Assembly: GCA_963829055.1 (NCBI GenBank)
Contig: CAWHHI010000011.1
Location: 1 to 64,000 of the forward strand
Reading direction: 5' to 3'
Source of the DNA: an uncultured Gemmatimonadaceae bacterium
GTDB taxonomy: Bacteria > Gemmatimonadota > Gemmatimonadetes > Gemmatimonadales > Gemmatimonadaceae
Length of the DNA stretch: 64,000 bases
The notes under the pieces: generated by a model
What the model was told of the DNA's origin: nothing
The model's database searches: none
What the model saw: only the letters and a program-made list of their open reading frames with translations
In this document: positions 36,494-47,207 of the stretch, one piece after another
Layout: every line of letters starts with the position of its first letter
How positions within the stretch are numbered: position 1 is the first letter of the stretch
Translations under genes and position numbers: made by a program

Positions 36494-36508
36494 TTAACCG
36501 ATCCTTTA
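36494..36508. promoter_or_regulatory. CtrA-like box (TTAA-N7-TTTA)
   Basis: TTAACCGATCCTTTA about 50 bp upstream of the GT2 start. Confidence 0.45.
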
Positions 36509-36556
36509 TCGGAAGCGGAGTGTTATCCGGGCAAACCGCGAGGCTCGCCGCAGCGC

Positions 36557-37556
36557 ATGATTCCCGTCCACGACCAGCCTGTGATCTCGACCGTCGCCCG
36601 CTCGCCCGGGCTGAGGACGGATGCGGTCGAGATCGTGGTGAGCCTGCCGACCTTCCGGCGTCCGGCGCAGCTGCTCGAAACGCTGGCCTCGCTGCGGGCC
36701 CAGGAAACGTCGCGCCGTTTCGCGGTGATCGTTATCGAGAACGAGGCCGAGAAGCGCGAAGGGGCGATCGCGGCAACGCCGTTGTTTCAGAGCGGTGCGC
36801 TCGAAGGGATGATCATCGTTGCGCATCAGCGCGGCAATTGCAGTGCCTACAATGCCGGCTGGGAGACGGCGCTGGCCGTGTTCCCGGCGTTCTCCCGGCT
36901 GCTGGTCATCGACGACGACGAGCTCGCCGACCCGCATTGGCTGGAGCGGATGTGCGCCGCTGCCGAGCGCTTCCGGGCCGACATCGTCGGCGGCCCGCAG
37001 GTGCCTGTGTTCCCGGCAAACAGCGACCGGCGGCTCGCCGCCCACCCGGTCTTCGCGCCGCCCTATCGGCAAAGCGGTCCGGTCGACGCGCTTTATTCCT
37101 CCGGCAATCTGCTGATCGGCCGCAATGTGCTGGTGGCAATGGGCGCGCCGTTCCTCGATCTGCGCTTCAACTTCATGGGCGGCGGCGATTCCGATTTCCT
37201 GAACCGGGCCGCCGTGAAGGGGTTCCGTCTCGCATGGTGCGCGGAGGCCCCCGTCATGGAGACCGTGCCGGCGCGCCGGCTGCAGGCCGACTGGATCCGC
37301 TCGCGCAGCCTGCGCAACGGCGTCATCTCGACCCTGGTCGAAAAGAAGAAGCGCGCGGCCTCGCGCGCCGGCAATCTGCGCGTCTTCGTCAAGAGCCTGG
37401 CGCTGCTCGCCGCCTCGCCGCTGCGCGGCTCTCGTGCGCCTGGCCAGCACCGGCTCGCCGTCCAACGCCATCTATCCCGTCTATGTCGCGATGGGCCGCG
37501 TGCTCGCGGAGTTCGGTTACGCGAATGAGCAGTACCGGCAGCCTGAAAAGAACTGA
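36557..37556 (+). CDS. GT2 family glycosyltransferase (late frameshift)
   Basis: LPTFRRP, GNCSAYNAG, VIDDDE, SSGNLLI, GGGDSDF. Confidence 0.9.
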
Positions 37557-38851
37557 CGGCGTCTGGCTGGCCGAGGTCTTCCCGGCAGCAAGGGTCGCCA
37601 CGATCCTGGCGGCGATCCTTTTGACGACAGTGATCGTTTCGTTCCGGCCGTTCCAGCCGGGCGGCGCCGAGCCATCGCCGGAGGGCGGCGGCGATATCGT
37701 CAACCAGCTCGGCTTCAGCCTGCTCGGCGGCCTCGCCCTGTTCGCCATGCTGGCCTTCGCCAGGCCGCGGGTGATCGCGGTGTTCTTCAGTCCGTGGTGG
37801 CTGCTGCTGCTCGCCTTCTTCGCGCTCTCGGTCGTCAACGCCGCCGATCCTTCAGCCGCCGCCCGCGCGGCCTTCTTCACGGTCATCGGCATCATCGCCA
37901 TCGTCGCCGTGCTGTCGCTGCCGCGCGACGCGGACGCGTTTTCGGCAGTGATCGCCTTTGCCGGCATCACCGTGGTGGTCGCCAGCTATGTCGGGATCAT
38001 TCTGTTGCCCGACATTGCGATCCACTCGGCCAACTCGGCCGAGCCGGAGCATGCGGGGCTGTGGCGCGGCCTGTTCGCGCACAAGAACCTGGCCGGACCC
38101 GTGATGGCATGCTTCAGCTTCGGCGGGCTCTATCTGCTGCGCCGGGGCTGGACCTATCGTCGGCATCTTGCTGCTGGTCGGCGCGCTGGTCTTCATGGCC
38201 AATACCGGCTCCAAGACCACGGCCGGCGCTGGTGCCGCTGACCATCATGGTGATCATGCTGCCCGGCCTGATCGGCATGCGGCTCGGTGACCATCGCGCT
38301 GTTTGCGCTGGCCATTGCCGGCACCGGCGTCGCGACGCTCGGAATCGTCTTCATCGAGCCGGTGAAGCAGCTCGCCCATAGCCTACTTTCCCGACCTCAC
38401 CTATACCGGGCGGGTGACGCTCTGGGAGTTCGCCGGCGACATGCTCGCGAAACATCCATGGTTCGGCTACGGCTATGACAGCTTCTGGGGCTCGAAGATG
38501 CTGCTCGACACCGACCAGCCCTTCGACCGCCCGTGGGACATCCGCACCATCGTGCACGGCCATGACGGCTATCTCGACATCGCGCTGGCGATGGGCATTC
38601 CGGCGTTGTGCGTGGCCGTGTTCGCCTTCCTCATCGAGCCGATGCGCGACTACCGGCGGATACCGCCGATCAAGGAGAACATCCGCCTCGGCGACTTCTT
38701 CATGATGGTGCTGCTGTTCACCGCGCTCAACGCCTTCCTCGAAAGCTTCTTCTTCCGGCGCGCCGACCCGGTCTGGCTGTTCCTGGTGTTCGGCGTTCTC
38801 GGCTTGAGACTGGTGGCGCGCTTTCCGATCCGCGCGCACCCCGCGCCATAG
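37525..38851 (+). CDS. Wzy/O-antigen ligase family polymerase (frameshifted)
   Basis: Multi-TM; WRGLFAHKNLAG, TGSKT, TGRVTLW, PWFGYGYDSFW, HGHDGYLD. Confidence 0.88.
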
Positions 38852-38913
38852 CCGAACCCTTCCCGCAATCCGCCCGAACGGTCTATGTCGGAGCCGCGTC
38901 TGGAGGCTCGATC

Positions 38914-39732
38914 ATGTCGGTGTTGGTTGTTCTGGCCGGTTGCGGCAATATGGGTTACGCCATGCTTTTCGGCTGGCTGGAGTCGGCGAAGCTGCTGCCG
39001 TCGGAGGTCTTCGTCGTCGAGCCCAACGACGCTCTGCAGGGAGCGTGCCGCGAAGCTCGGCGCGGCGACGGCGGCAAGTGCAGCCGAACTGCCGGCGCAC
39101 ATGCAGCCGACCCTGGTGATCTTCGCCGTCAAGCCGCAGGTCATGCGCGACGTCGTGCCGGCCTATCGTGCGCTTGGCGCCAAGGGGCGCGACCTTCCTC
39201 AGCATCGCGGCGGGCATCGGCATTTCCGTGTTCGAGGATCTGCTCGGTGCGTCGGCGCCCGTCGTGCGCTGCATGCCGAACACGCCGGCGGCGATCGGCA
39301 AGGGGATGATGGTGGTCGTCTCCAACGCCAACGTGACAGACGCGGCAAAGGACTTCGTCACCGATCTCCTGTCTTCGAGCGGCACGGTCACCACGATATC
39401 GAGACGAAGGACTGATGGACGCGGTGACCGCAGTCTCGGGTTCCGGCCCGGCCTATGTCTTCCACTTCATCGAGGCGCTGACGGCGGCGGCGACACAAGC
39501 CGGCCTGCCCGCCGATACGGCGCGGCTGCTCGCCATGCAGACCGTCTACGGCGCCGCCTCGCTCGCCGCCGAGAGCAATGAGGACCCGGGCACGCTGCGC
39601 CAGCAGGTGACCAGCCCGAACGGCACCACGGCCGCCGCGCTCGGCGTGCTGATGGGCGAGGACCGGCTGACCAGGCTGGTCGGCGAGGCGGTCGAAGCGG
39701 CGAGGCTGCGGTCGATCGAGCTGGGGAAGTAG
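38914..39732 (+). CDS. proC: Pyrroline-5-carboxylate reductase (frameshifted)
   Basis: GCGNMG, AVKPQ, SIAAG, RCMPNTPA, DAVTAVSGSGPAY, VTSPNGTT. Confidence 0.95.
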
Positions 39733-39823
39733 GGCGAGGGCTTCCGCCGGATAGGTCAGCCGGGACAGAAGGGGTGCGAAGTGACCGCGGCTTGTAAGAA
39801 CCTGCGACCAGTAACTGACCGCC

Positions 39824-41148
39824 CTACCCCACTGCGTTCAGCATCTGGTCCTGCCTCTGGCGCAGCGCGAAGAGCTTGGTCGTCGGGTCGGGCGAGGCGT
39901 TGCGGGTGGTCAGCAGTTCGCCCTTCTTGACCGGCTGCAGCACCTTGCCGCCTTCGAGCAGGCCGACCGGCACGGCGCGCTGGTCGCGGGCGTCGCCGAC
40001 CGTCATGGTGAAGCTGCGGTAGCAGGTCTCGCCGATCGCATCGAAGGTCTCGCCGACCGCGAGGTCGCGCTTGGCGACGGCGCAGACTTCGGCGACGGGG
40101 TCGGGCAGCGGCACCATGTCGGGCTTGCCGTAGAGCATGATGCGGGCGGCGGTCAGCGGCACTTCGAGCGAGGTCAGGTGATAGGGCCGGAAGAAGCTGT
40201 AATACGGGCCCTTGCCGACATGCAGGTCGTCCATGCGCTCGATGATGCGCGGATGCTCGGCCTCGACGATGACGAAGACGCCGGGCGCCACGCCCTTGCC
40301 GATGGTGAAGTCGACGACGCCCTTGCGGTGTCGAGGATGCCGCCATCCTCGCGCGGGATCAGCACCTTGACCATGTCGTCGCGGTCGGCGCTGCGGGCCG
40401 TGCATGCCCGGCACGTCGGGAACGAGGCCGGTGGCGTTGGCGATGGCCGCCATCTCGACCATGGTCTTGGAGCCGTCGACGAATTCGACCAGCATGCGCG
40501 GGTTCATGTTCCGGCGCGCCGCTTCCTCGCGATAGTCGTCGGGCACGGCGTCGTGGTTGAGCGGGTTGTTCTTGCCCTTGCCGGCCGACGACGATGCGGT
40601 AGCCGAGCGCCGAGGCGAACTCGATCAGCTCCATGCAGTCGACGGCTCGTCGCCGGCGCCGACCGAATAGATGACGCCGAGCCGGTCGGCCTCCTTCTTC
40701 AGGTAAGGCGCCGATGGTGACGTCGGCCTCGACGTTCATCATCACCAGATGCTTGCCGTGCTCCATCGCCATCAGGTCGAAGTCGGCGGCGACGCCGGGC
40801 TTGCCGGTCGCGTCGATGACGACGTCGATCAGCGGGTTGGCGACCAGCAGTCTCGGTGGAGGTGATGGCGATCTTGCCGGCCTCGATGGCCGCGGTGAGC
40901 TTGCGACGGGGTGTCGGCCTCGACGCCCGTGCGAGTCGTCGCCATAGGCGATGGCGATCGCCTCGCAGCGCGGTGTGCGGGCGACGGGTCGCGATGGCGC
41001 AGATCTCGATGCCGCGCATCAGCATGCCCTGGGTGACGAGGTCGGTGCCCATTTCGCCCGAGCCGATGACGCCGATGCGGATCGGACGGCCCTCGTCGGC
41101 GCGTCTGGCGAGGTCGCGGGCAAGGCCGGTGAGAGCGACATTGGTCAT
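39824..41148 (-). CDS. Homoserine dehydrogenase-like NAD(P)H oxidoreductase with C-terminal SAF domain (frameshifted)
   Basis: IGVIGSGEMG, DATG, MNVEADVTIG, GKGKNNPL, FVDGSKTMVEM, RPYHL, AVAKRDL. Confidence 0.88.
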
Positions 41149-41239
41149 GCAGGGTCCGTCGAAGGCTGATTGCGACCGCAATAGCAGGAAACGCGGCCGG
41201 CGTGTCAACGAAACGGCAGAGCCGGCGCCGACGCCGACC

Positions 41240-42449
41240 CTACCGCAATTCGGCGAGGACGGCCTCGGCCTTGGCCAGATTGGTTTTCGAGCCGGCAGCG
41301 AGCTCGGTCAGATCGTTGTCCTGGAAGACGACCAGCGCACTCTTGCAGGCGGCGATGGCCTCGTCGACCAGTGCCGCATCCTTGCGTAGCTTGCCGAGCT
41401 CGATGAGCACGTCGCACAGGCTGTCCTCGGTATAGGCGACGGCCGGCACTGCCTTGAGGTCGCGCTGCACGGCGACGGCGTCGCGCAGGATCGGCACGGC
41501 CTCCTCGAAGCGGGCGACGTTGTTCTCGCGCTTGCCGGCAATGGTGAGGTTGTAGCCGATTTCGTTCTGCAGTGACGCCCATCCGGCAGGATCCTCGTCG
41601 CGCGGCGTCGCCTCGAGCAACGCCCGGTAGGCAGCGACCGCCTCGTCGATCACCGCGGTCCCGGAATCCTTGGTCGGCGATCGCGCTCAGCAGCCGCGCC
41701 ACCTGGTCCTGACCGAACTGCCACTGCTCGGGCTGCGTGTCGCGCGTGCGAATGGCGAGGCCTGCGCGGTAGGCGATGACCGCCGCGCGCCAGCTGTCGG
41801 GATTGACGGTGCGATAGCCGAGCGTGCCGAGCACACCCCCGAGATTTGTCTGGACCATTGCGAAATGCTCAGGGTCGCTTGCCGCCGTATAGTGGGACAG
41901 AGCATTGCGGTAAGCCTCGACCGATTTCTCGAGTTCTGCGGTCCCCTCGCGGCGATTGCCGAGAAGTTGCAGCGCATTGCCGAGCGAGACCTCGATCTGG
42001 GCCCAGTCCGAAGGCTCGCTGTCGCGGGTGATCACTTCGGATGCCAGTTCGAGCGCCGTTGCCGAGCGCGCCAGCATGTCGACGTCGTCATGCGACTGGC
42101 CGAGTGAAGACAGCGCGTAGCCGAGATTCCATTGCATCGTCGCCCATCTCTCGGGATCCTGCTCGCGCGTGCGTTCGAGCAGCGATGCGTCATAGGCGGC
42201 GACCGCCTGCTGCAGCGCCTCTTCGCCGCCGTCTTGGTAGGAAAGCAGCATCCAGGCATTGCCGAGGTTGCCTTGCGTGACCGCCCAATCATGCGGCGCG
42301 CGTTCGCGCGTGCGCTGGGTCAGCGCGTCCTCGTAGGTGGCGATCGCCTTGCGCAGCGCCTGCGGGTCGCCGTTTTGCTCGCCGAGCGTGCGATAGACGG
42401 CGCCGAGATTGTTCTTGGTCGCGGCCCAGTCCAGCGGAGCATCTTCTCG
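41240..42449 (-). CDS. TPR repeat protein, C-terminal part (5' end cut at the junction)
   Basis: Repeated units REDAPLDWAATKNNLG, RERAPHDWAVTQGNLG, REQDPERWATMQWNLG, RDEDPAGWASLQNEIG. Confidence 0.85.
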
Positions 42450-43000
42450 TCCGGGTAGTTGAGGCGCTGACACAGCCGCAGCGCGCGCTGTGTGCCGCGC
42501 ACGGACGGCACAGAGCCCTCGGTCAACAACACGATGCGGTCCGCGGCGTCGAACGCCGTGAGCGTGCGTTCGTTCACGTGATGCTCGAGCTCCGCGACGC
42601 TCACCGAGAATCGCGCGCGCATTGCGTCCAGCGCGGTCATCACGGCCTTCGCGTCGCCAACCGCCGGCGCCAGTGGCCGCGTCATCGCGAACGTCCACAC
42701 CCCGTCCGTTCGCCGCACCATTGCCGAATCGGCTCCGGGGATATGGATCGCGACGCTCATCGCATCGTGGCTGTGAACGCGATCGCCTCGAGGGTCGAGC
42801 TCCGCCAGCGCAACGTCCTCCGCCATCACGGCTCGAAAGGCCAGCGACAGCGCCTCGGCTACTGTCGTCACGCCGACGTCGGGACGCGGCCCGTAGACCA
42901 CAACCAGCGCTCCGACGTTCTCGCCAGTGGGCTCGGCCTGCTCCGTCGAGGCCAATTCAACCGGCGTGATCCGACGCGTCGCGGTTGGAGAAGAACGCTC
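42437..43000 (-). CDS. CpaE/TadZ (MinD/ParA-like) protein, N-terminal part (3' end cut at the junction; start approximate)
   Basis: LVVVYGPRPDVGVTTVA, LAELD, ERTLTAFDAADRIVLL..SVPSVRGTQRAL..LNYPDEKM. Confidence 0.7.
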
Positions 43001-43075
43001 AGGCATTCGGCGGCATCGGGATCGAACTAGGGAAGTCAGCGTGCCGCCAGGGTTCGGGCGCGCCGTACGATAGGC

Positions 43076-43112
43076 AAAACAGAGGGCCGAGTCCAACTCC
43101 ACTCGGCCCCTG
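43076..43112 (-). terminator. Rho-independent terminator after the DUF3618 gene
   Basis: GGGCCGAGT/ACTCGGCCC stem with a T-run following on the minus strand. Confidence 0.55.
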
Positions 43113-43167
43113 GAGAACGCTCAGCCGGCGAGGCCGGACAGTCCATGCGGCGTCGCGTGCTACGGAA

Positions 43168-43656
43168 TCAGTCGGCTCGCCCGAACGGCTGCGCGCCTGT
43201 CTCCGCCTGGTTCACGTACGTGTCGACAGGCGGTGTATTGCCGTAATTCCGTGCCGACTGCTGAGTACCGGCCCCATCGCCACCCTGTCTTGACGACTGC
43301 CCCGGTTGTGACGGCACACCGATCGACGCCTTGAGATCGTCCACGAGCGAGCCGACGCGCGACTGGAACGCGTCGTGGAGACCGCTCACGAGATTCGCCA
43401 CCACGTCGTCCAGCACGCCGCCGACTCGGGTGCTCGCGCCCCGCGTTGCGGCGACGGTCGCCGCAGCCGCTTTCACGTCCGTGCGCGATCCGCTGAGGAG
43501 TACTCCGGCACCGACGGCGAGTGCGATAGCGGGCCACGGATTGTCGCGAACGATCTGCTTGACGTTCAGCTTCTGCTCGAGTTGCTGAAGCGTCGACGAC
43601 ATTCGTTCGCGGGTCAGCTCGATGTCGCGCCGGACGTCAGCCGTTGTTTCAGCCAT
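43168..43656 (-). CDS. DUF3618 domain protein
   Basis: MAETTADVRRDIELTRERMSSTLQQLEQKL, NPWPAIALAVGAG. Confidence 0.8.
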   Translation of the reverse strand: MAETTADVRRDIELTRERMSSTLQQLEQKLNVKQIVRDNPWPAIALAVGAGVLLSGSRTDVKAAAATVAATRGASTRVGGVLDDVVANLVSGLHDAFQSRVGSLVDDLKASIGVPSQPGQSSRQGGDGAGTQQSARNYGNTPPVDTYVNQAETGAQPFGRAD

Positions 43657-44046
43657 GCCGTGTCCTCCTTGAGCGTCGTGACCGTCTGGTCCGGAGCGAG
43701 CTGTCGTGGTGAGAGAAGCGTCCTGCCGCGAGACATGAAGAAGAACGCGAGGCCGCCTGCGAGTCGCGAAGACGATGAGTGCCGCGAGCCAGTAGCGATC
43801 ACGCAGCCACTGATCGCCACTCAGCAGAATCAGCCCAGTGAGCAGAGTAGAGACCGCCGAGCAGCAGCATGATGCTGCCGCTCGACGATGAGGGAAACAC
43901 CCGTCGTGATGCCGTGAAGGAGCTCGGTCAACTCGAGTCGCGCGAGCGCAGACTTCCTGCTTGATGAGCGACGAGCTGCCCTCGGCGAGCTCCCGGAGGA
44001 GCGCGCCGAGGGGAGGCGACTGGCCGTTCTGGACTCGAACGTCCAT
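43614..44046 (-). CDS. Phage-holin-like (YhjD/DUF1469-type) membrane protein (frameshifted)
   Basis: LGALLRELAEGSSSLIKQEV.LARLEL, two TMs, LAPDQTVTTLKED..WL. Confidence 0.78.
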
Positions 44047-44056
44047 GGCGTGTCAC

Positions 44057-44506
44057 CTAACGATCGTTGCTGCGGAAGGCCTTGCCGAGCACGTAGCCGA
44101 GGCCGAGCGCGATGAGCAGCGTGCGTCCCGGGTTCTCGCGGACCTGCTGCTCGATGTCCGCCTTGAGGTCGCCGTTGCGGAGCCAGTCCGCGGACTTGCT
44201 CATCCCACGCGCGACGGAGTCCTGCACGTTCGCCATGCGGTTCGTCTGTCGCCGCGGCGACGCTTCCGCCGTCGGTAGCACCGGCGAGGGTGCCGCTCGT
44301 GCTGCCGCTGACGCAGCTTGTCGGCACCGGCGTCGAGGCGATCGGCGAGCGTGGACTGAAGCTCGCGCGCCTTGTCCTTCACCTGGCCGAACTTGTCCTG
44401 GACGGTGGCCTTGGCCTGCTCGGTCCGGCGTCTGACCCATGTCGGACTGAGTGCCCGTCGTCGTGTAGTCCGAGCCGCCCATGCCGGACCCGACGCTGCC
44501 TCCCAT
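44057..44506 (-). CDS. DUF883/ElaB/YqjD-like tail-anchored protein
   Basis: C-terminal [28 protein letters not shown]. Confidence 0.75.
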   Translation of the reverse strand: MGGSVGSGMGGSDYTTTGTQSDMGQTPDRAGQGHRPGQVRPGEGQGARASVHARRSPRRRCRQAASAAARAAPSPVLPTAEASPRRQTNRMANVQDSVARGMSKSADWLRNGDLKADIEQQVRENPGRTLLIALGLGYVLGKAFRSNDR

Positions 44507-44684
44507 TCCTGCTCCACTCGTTGCCGACTAGCTCCGAAACGCCGTTCGTGCCGCCGGTGGAACCCTGACCACCGGTGCGACCGCAACGTGATCGTCAGCG
44601 TTACGCTCCATGACTGCCTCCTTCGGATGGAAGCCGAAGGAATGCAGAGGACGTGCCGCAGGCGTAACGCTGAACGCGTCGCGG

Positions 44685-45128
44685 TCAGCGGCAATACTCG
44701 TCGAACGCCTCGCACGAGGTCTTCGGCGATCGCTCCAGCCGAGCGGCCTTCGATCTGCCAACGCTCGAGCATGAATACGATCTCGCCGTCCTTCATCAGC
44801 GCGATCTGTGGGGATGACGGTGCGTAGCCCGTGAAGTAGCCGCGTGCGCGCTCGGTGGCCTCGCCATCCTGGCCGGCGAACACCGTCGTGAGGTGCATCG
44901 GGCTTGGCGGTGTGCTGGAGCGCCATTGCGACGGCGGGGCGCGCCATTACGTGCAGCGCAGCCGCAGATCGAGTTGACGACCACGAGCGTGGTGCCCTTG
45001 GCGTCCTTGAGGCGGGCATCGACTTCGTCGGGCGTGCGCATCTCTTCGACGCCCAAGCGCGTCAGCTCCTGACGCATGGGCGTGACGAAGCGCTCGTCGT
45101 ACATCGGAGCGTTGGAGAGTGTACTCAT
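44685..45128 (-). CDS. BrxA/BrxB bacilliredoxin (YphP/YqiW family; frameshifted)
   Basis: [51 protein letters not shown]. Confidence 0.9.
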
Positions 45129-45156
45129 TGGCTGGGCTTATTGAAGCGGAAAGTCT

Positions 45157-45178
45157 GGGAACTCGGGAATCGGGAATC
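45157..45178. repeat. GGGAATC heptamer tandem repeat
   Basis: gggaactcgggaatcgggaatc. Confidence 0.6.
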
Positions 45179-45209
45179 GAAGACAAACCGCCGCTGCGGC
45201 TCGCGGTTC

Positions 45210-45580
45210 CTAGTCCTCGACGTCGCTATCGCGGACGAGCGCGAGGATCGCGCTCTGCGGGATCACCAGATACGTGTCTCCCTCGAACGTGAGCTCTACG
45301 GCGGCTTTGCGGAAGAACAGCGCGTAGTCGCCGGCGCGGGCCTGCATGGGAACGAAGCGAGTTTCGCGCAACGGAGTGCGCCACGGCTCGTCGCCGCCTC
45401 ACCGGGGTCAGGCATGGGAAGGCCTGGGCCGGTCGCGACGATCTTTCCGCCCTGCACAGCCTGACTGTCGAGCGCGGTAGGCGGCAGGTAGAGCCCGACC
45501 TTCGTGCGCTCCTCGCCCTCGTTCACGTGAATCAGGACACGATCGCCGACGACGATCAGACGCTTGTTGTTTTTGTCCAT
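45210..45580 (-). CDS. Stand-alone GroES/Cpn10 family co-chaperone (frameshift)
   Basis: VVGDRVLI...RTKVGLYLP..A....QGGKIVATGPG...GDYALF...FEGDTYLVIPQSAIL; no groEL adjacent. Confidence 0.85.
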
Positions 45581-45614
45581 GGGCTTGTTGAGAGACACCC
45601 AAACTGACTCAAGC

Positions 45615-45707
45615 GCTAGTTGCTGGGTGGTGCTGGTGGCTGGGTACGCTGAGTGTCCAGCTGCACCAGCGTCACCCAGCAACAAGCACGAGCACCCAGC
45701 AACCAGC
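45615..45707. repeat. Hairpin copy of the CACCCAGC element
   Basis: Right arm caccagcgtcacccagcaacaagcacgagcacccagcaaccagc matches the PhzF-gene flanks; the left arm is a degenerate inverse. Confidence 0.8.
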
Positions 45708-45713
45708 CTGCTG

Positions 45714-47114
45714 TTATCGAACAATGTGTAGCTCGCACTGCCGCTTGTACGCCCAGCGAGTCTTCCCGTCCGCACCAATGAAGAAGTCTTCTTCCTGCGC
45801 CATCCGGACCGGCTGGCCGCCCCACTCGGGGACCGGCGTCGTCGCCTGCAGCTCCGACGAGAACCACATGCTCGGGATGATCTTCGCGTCGCCGCGGCCC
45901 GGGACGCCTTCCTGGTAATCCCACAAGCCGATCAGCGGGCCCGCGCCGTGGCCATGCATGCCGATCGGGTGCGAGTACAGGGTACCGCTGATCCCCTCGG
46001 ACTTGAGCTTCGCGAGACTCGACTTCAGCACCTCGTTGCCCGTCCGGCCCGGACGGACTTCCTCCATCGAGGATGTCCTGGAAGCGGTTCGAGTTCGCGA
46101 GCGCCTTCCGCAGCCCGGCCGGCGCTTCTGTTTCTCCTTCGCGCAGCACGTAGGCCATCGTGCTGCGTGTCCGTGTTGAGTCGCAGCGCGGTGATGCCGA
46201 CGTCGCAGTGCAGCACGTCGCCACGCTCGATCACGGGATCCTCACCGAGCTGCTCGTCGTTCGCTCCGCGCCGCTGCACCTCGATCGATGGCTGGAACCA
46301 TGTGCCCAGGCCGAGGTCGTTCACCTGCTGACGCCACCACCACACGAGATCGCTCGTGCGCGTCACGCCGGGACGGATGACCTCGTTCGAGAACATGCGG
46401 CCGATGAGCTCGATGCACGAGCTTGGTGAGATCCGTGAAGAACACTTCCTCGTCAGGCAGCCTCGTGGCGATGAGCTCGAGCGGCAGCGCTTCGGCGTGC
46501 TTGAACCGCGACGTCCACTTCGACGCCGAGCACGGCGCTCATGCCGTCGAGCTCGCCGGCGCTCAGACCGTCGGAGAACGCGAACGTACGCGAGACATCG
46601 ATCCCGATGACTTTCGGGTTTCGCTGCTCGATCGACGTCCTTGAGCACGAGCCACTGCTGATCCCCCCAGAGCTCGGCCTGCCGCCCGCCGACCGGCGCG
46701 GCGACGCCGTCGCGTCGAGCGGACGGCGTCGTAGAGCCCACCCTGCGACGTGCCGCCGAGCGCGATGCGTTCGACGCAGCCGGCTTTCCCGTTAGGCGAC
46801 GTGGCGCTGGTCGCGCCGGCGGCGCACTTGTCGAAGAAGACGTAGATCGTGCGACGTCGCGCGGCGAACGTCGTGGGCGACACGAGCGACGAGAAGACGG
46901 GATCCTCGTTGTACTCGCGCATTGGCACGACCCACATGTCGATGCCGTGCTTCTTCATGAGCGCGGGCAGGACGGTCGTTAGGCGCTGCTGCGAGCCACT
47001 GCTGCTGGCGATCGGCCTGTTCACGAAGGGTGCCGAACGGGCGGGTGGGCTGCGCGGCGAAGCGGAGCGGAGGCAGTGACGAGAGCGAGTCGAACGCAGA
47101 GTCGCGACACGCAT
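45714..47114 (-). CDS. M24 family (Xaa-Pro) aminopeptidase (frameshifted)
   Basis: REYNEDPVF, GDVLHCDVG, LNTDTQH, YSHPIGMHGHGAGP, SEL, QEED metal-ligand motifs. Confidence 0.88.
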
Positions 47115-47207
47115 TGGCGTAAGGCTGCCAGTGCTGGCTGCTGCGATGTTACTGCGCTCGGCGCTGGCGCTGCTAGGCGGCTGCGCACTACGCAGCGCCA
47201 GCAGCGC

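Noticed and set aside
39824..41148. hom (true homoserine dehydrogenase)
   Set aside because: It has a C-terminal SAF domain rather than an ACT domain and belongs to a different family, so I withheld the symbol.
41205..43102. CpaE-TPR fusion protein
   Set aside because: The two parts are in different frames, joined at a microhomology that coincides with the compositional switch; most likely a chimera.
43614..44046. Holin as a prophage marker
   Set aside because: It is a YhjD-like family member in a DUF883/DUF3618 context with no phage genes nearby.
45586..45613. HspR HAIR operator upstream of groES (CTTGAGT...CTCAAC)
   Set aside because: The spacing is longer than the N7 consensus and the second half-site is imperfect.
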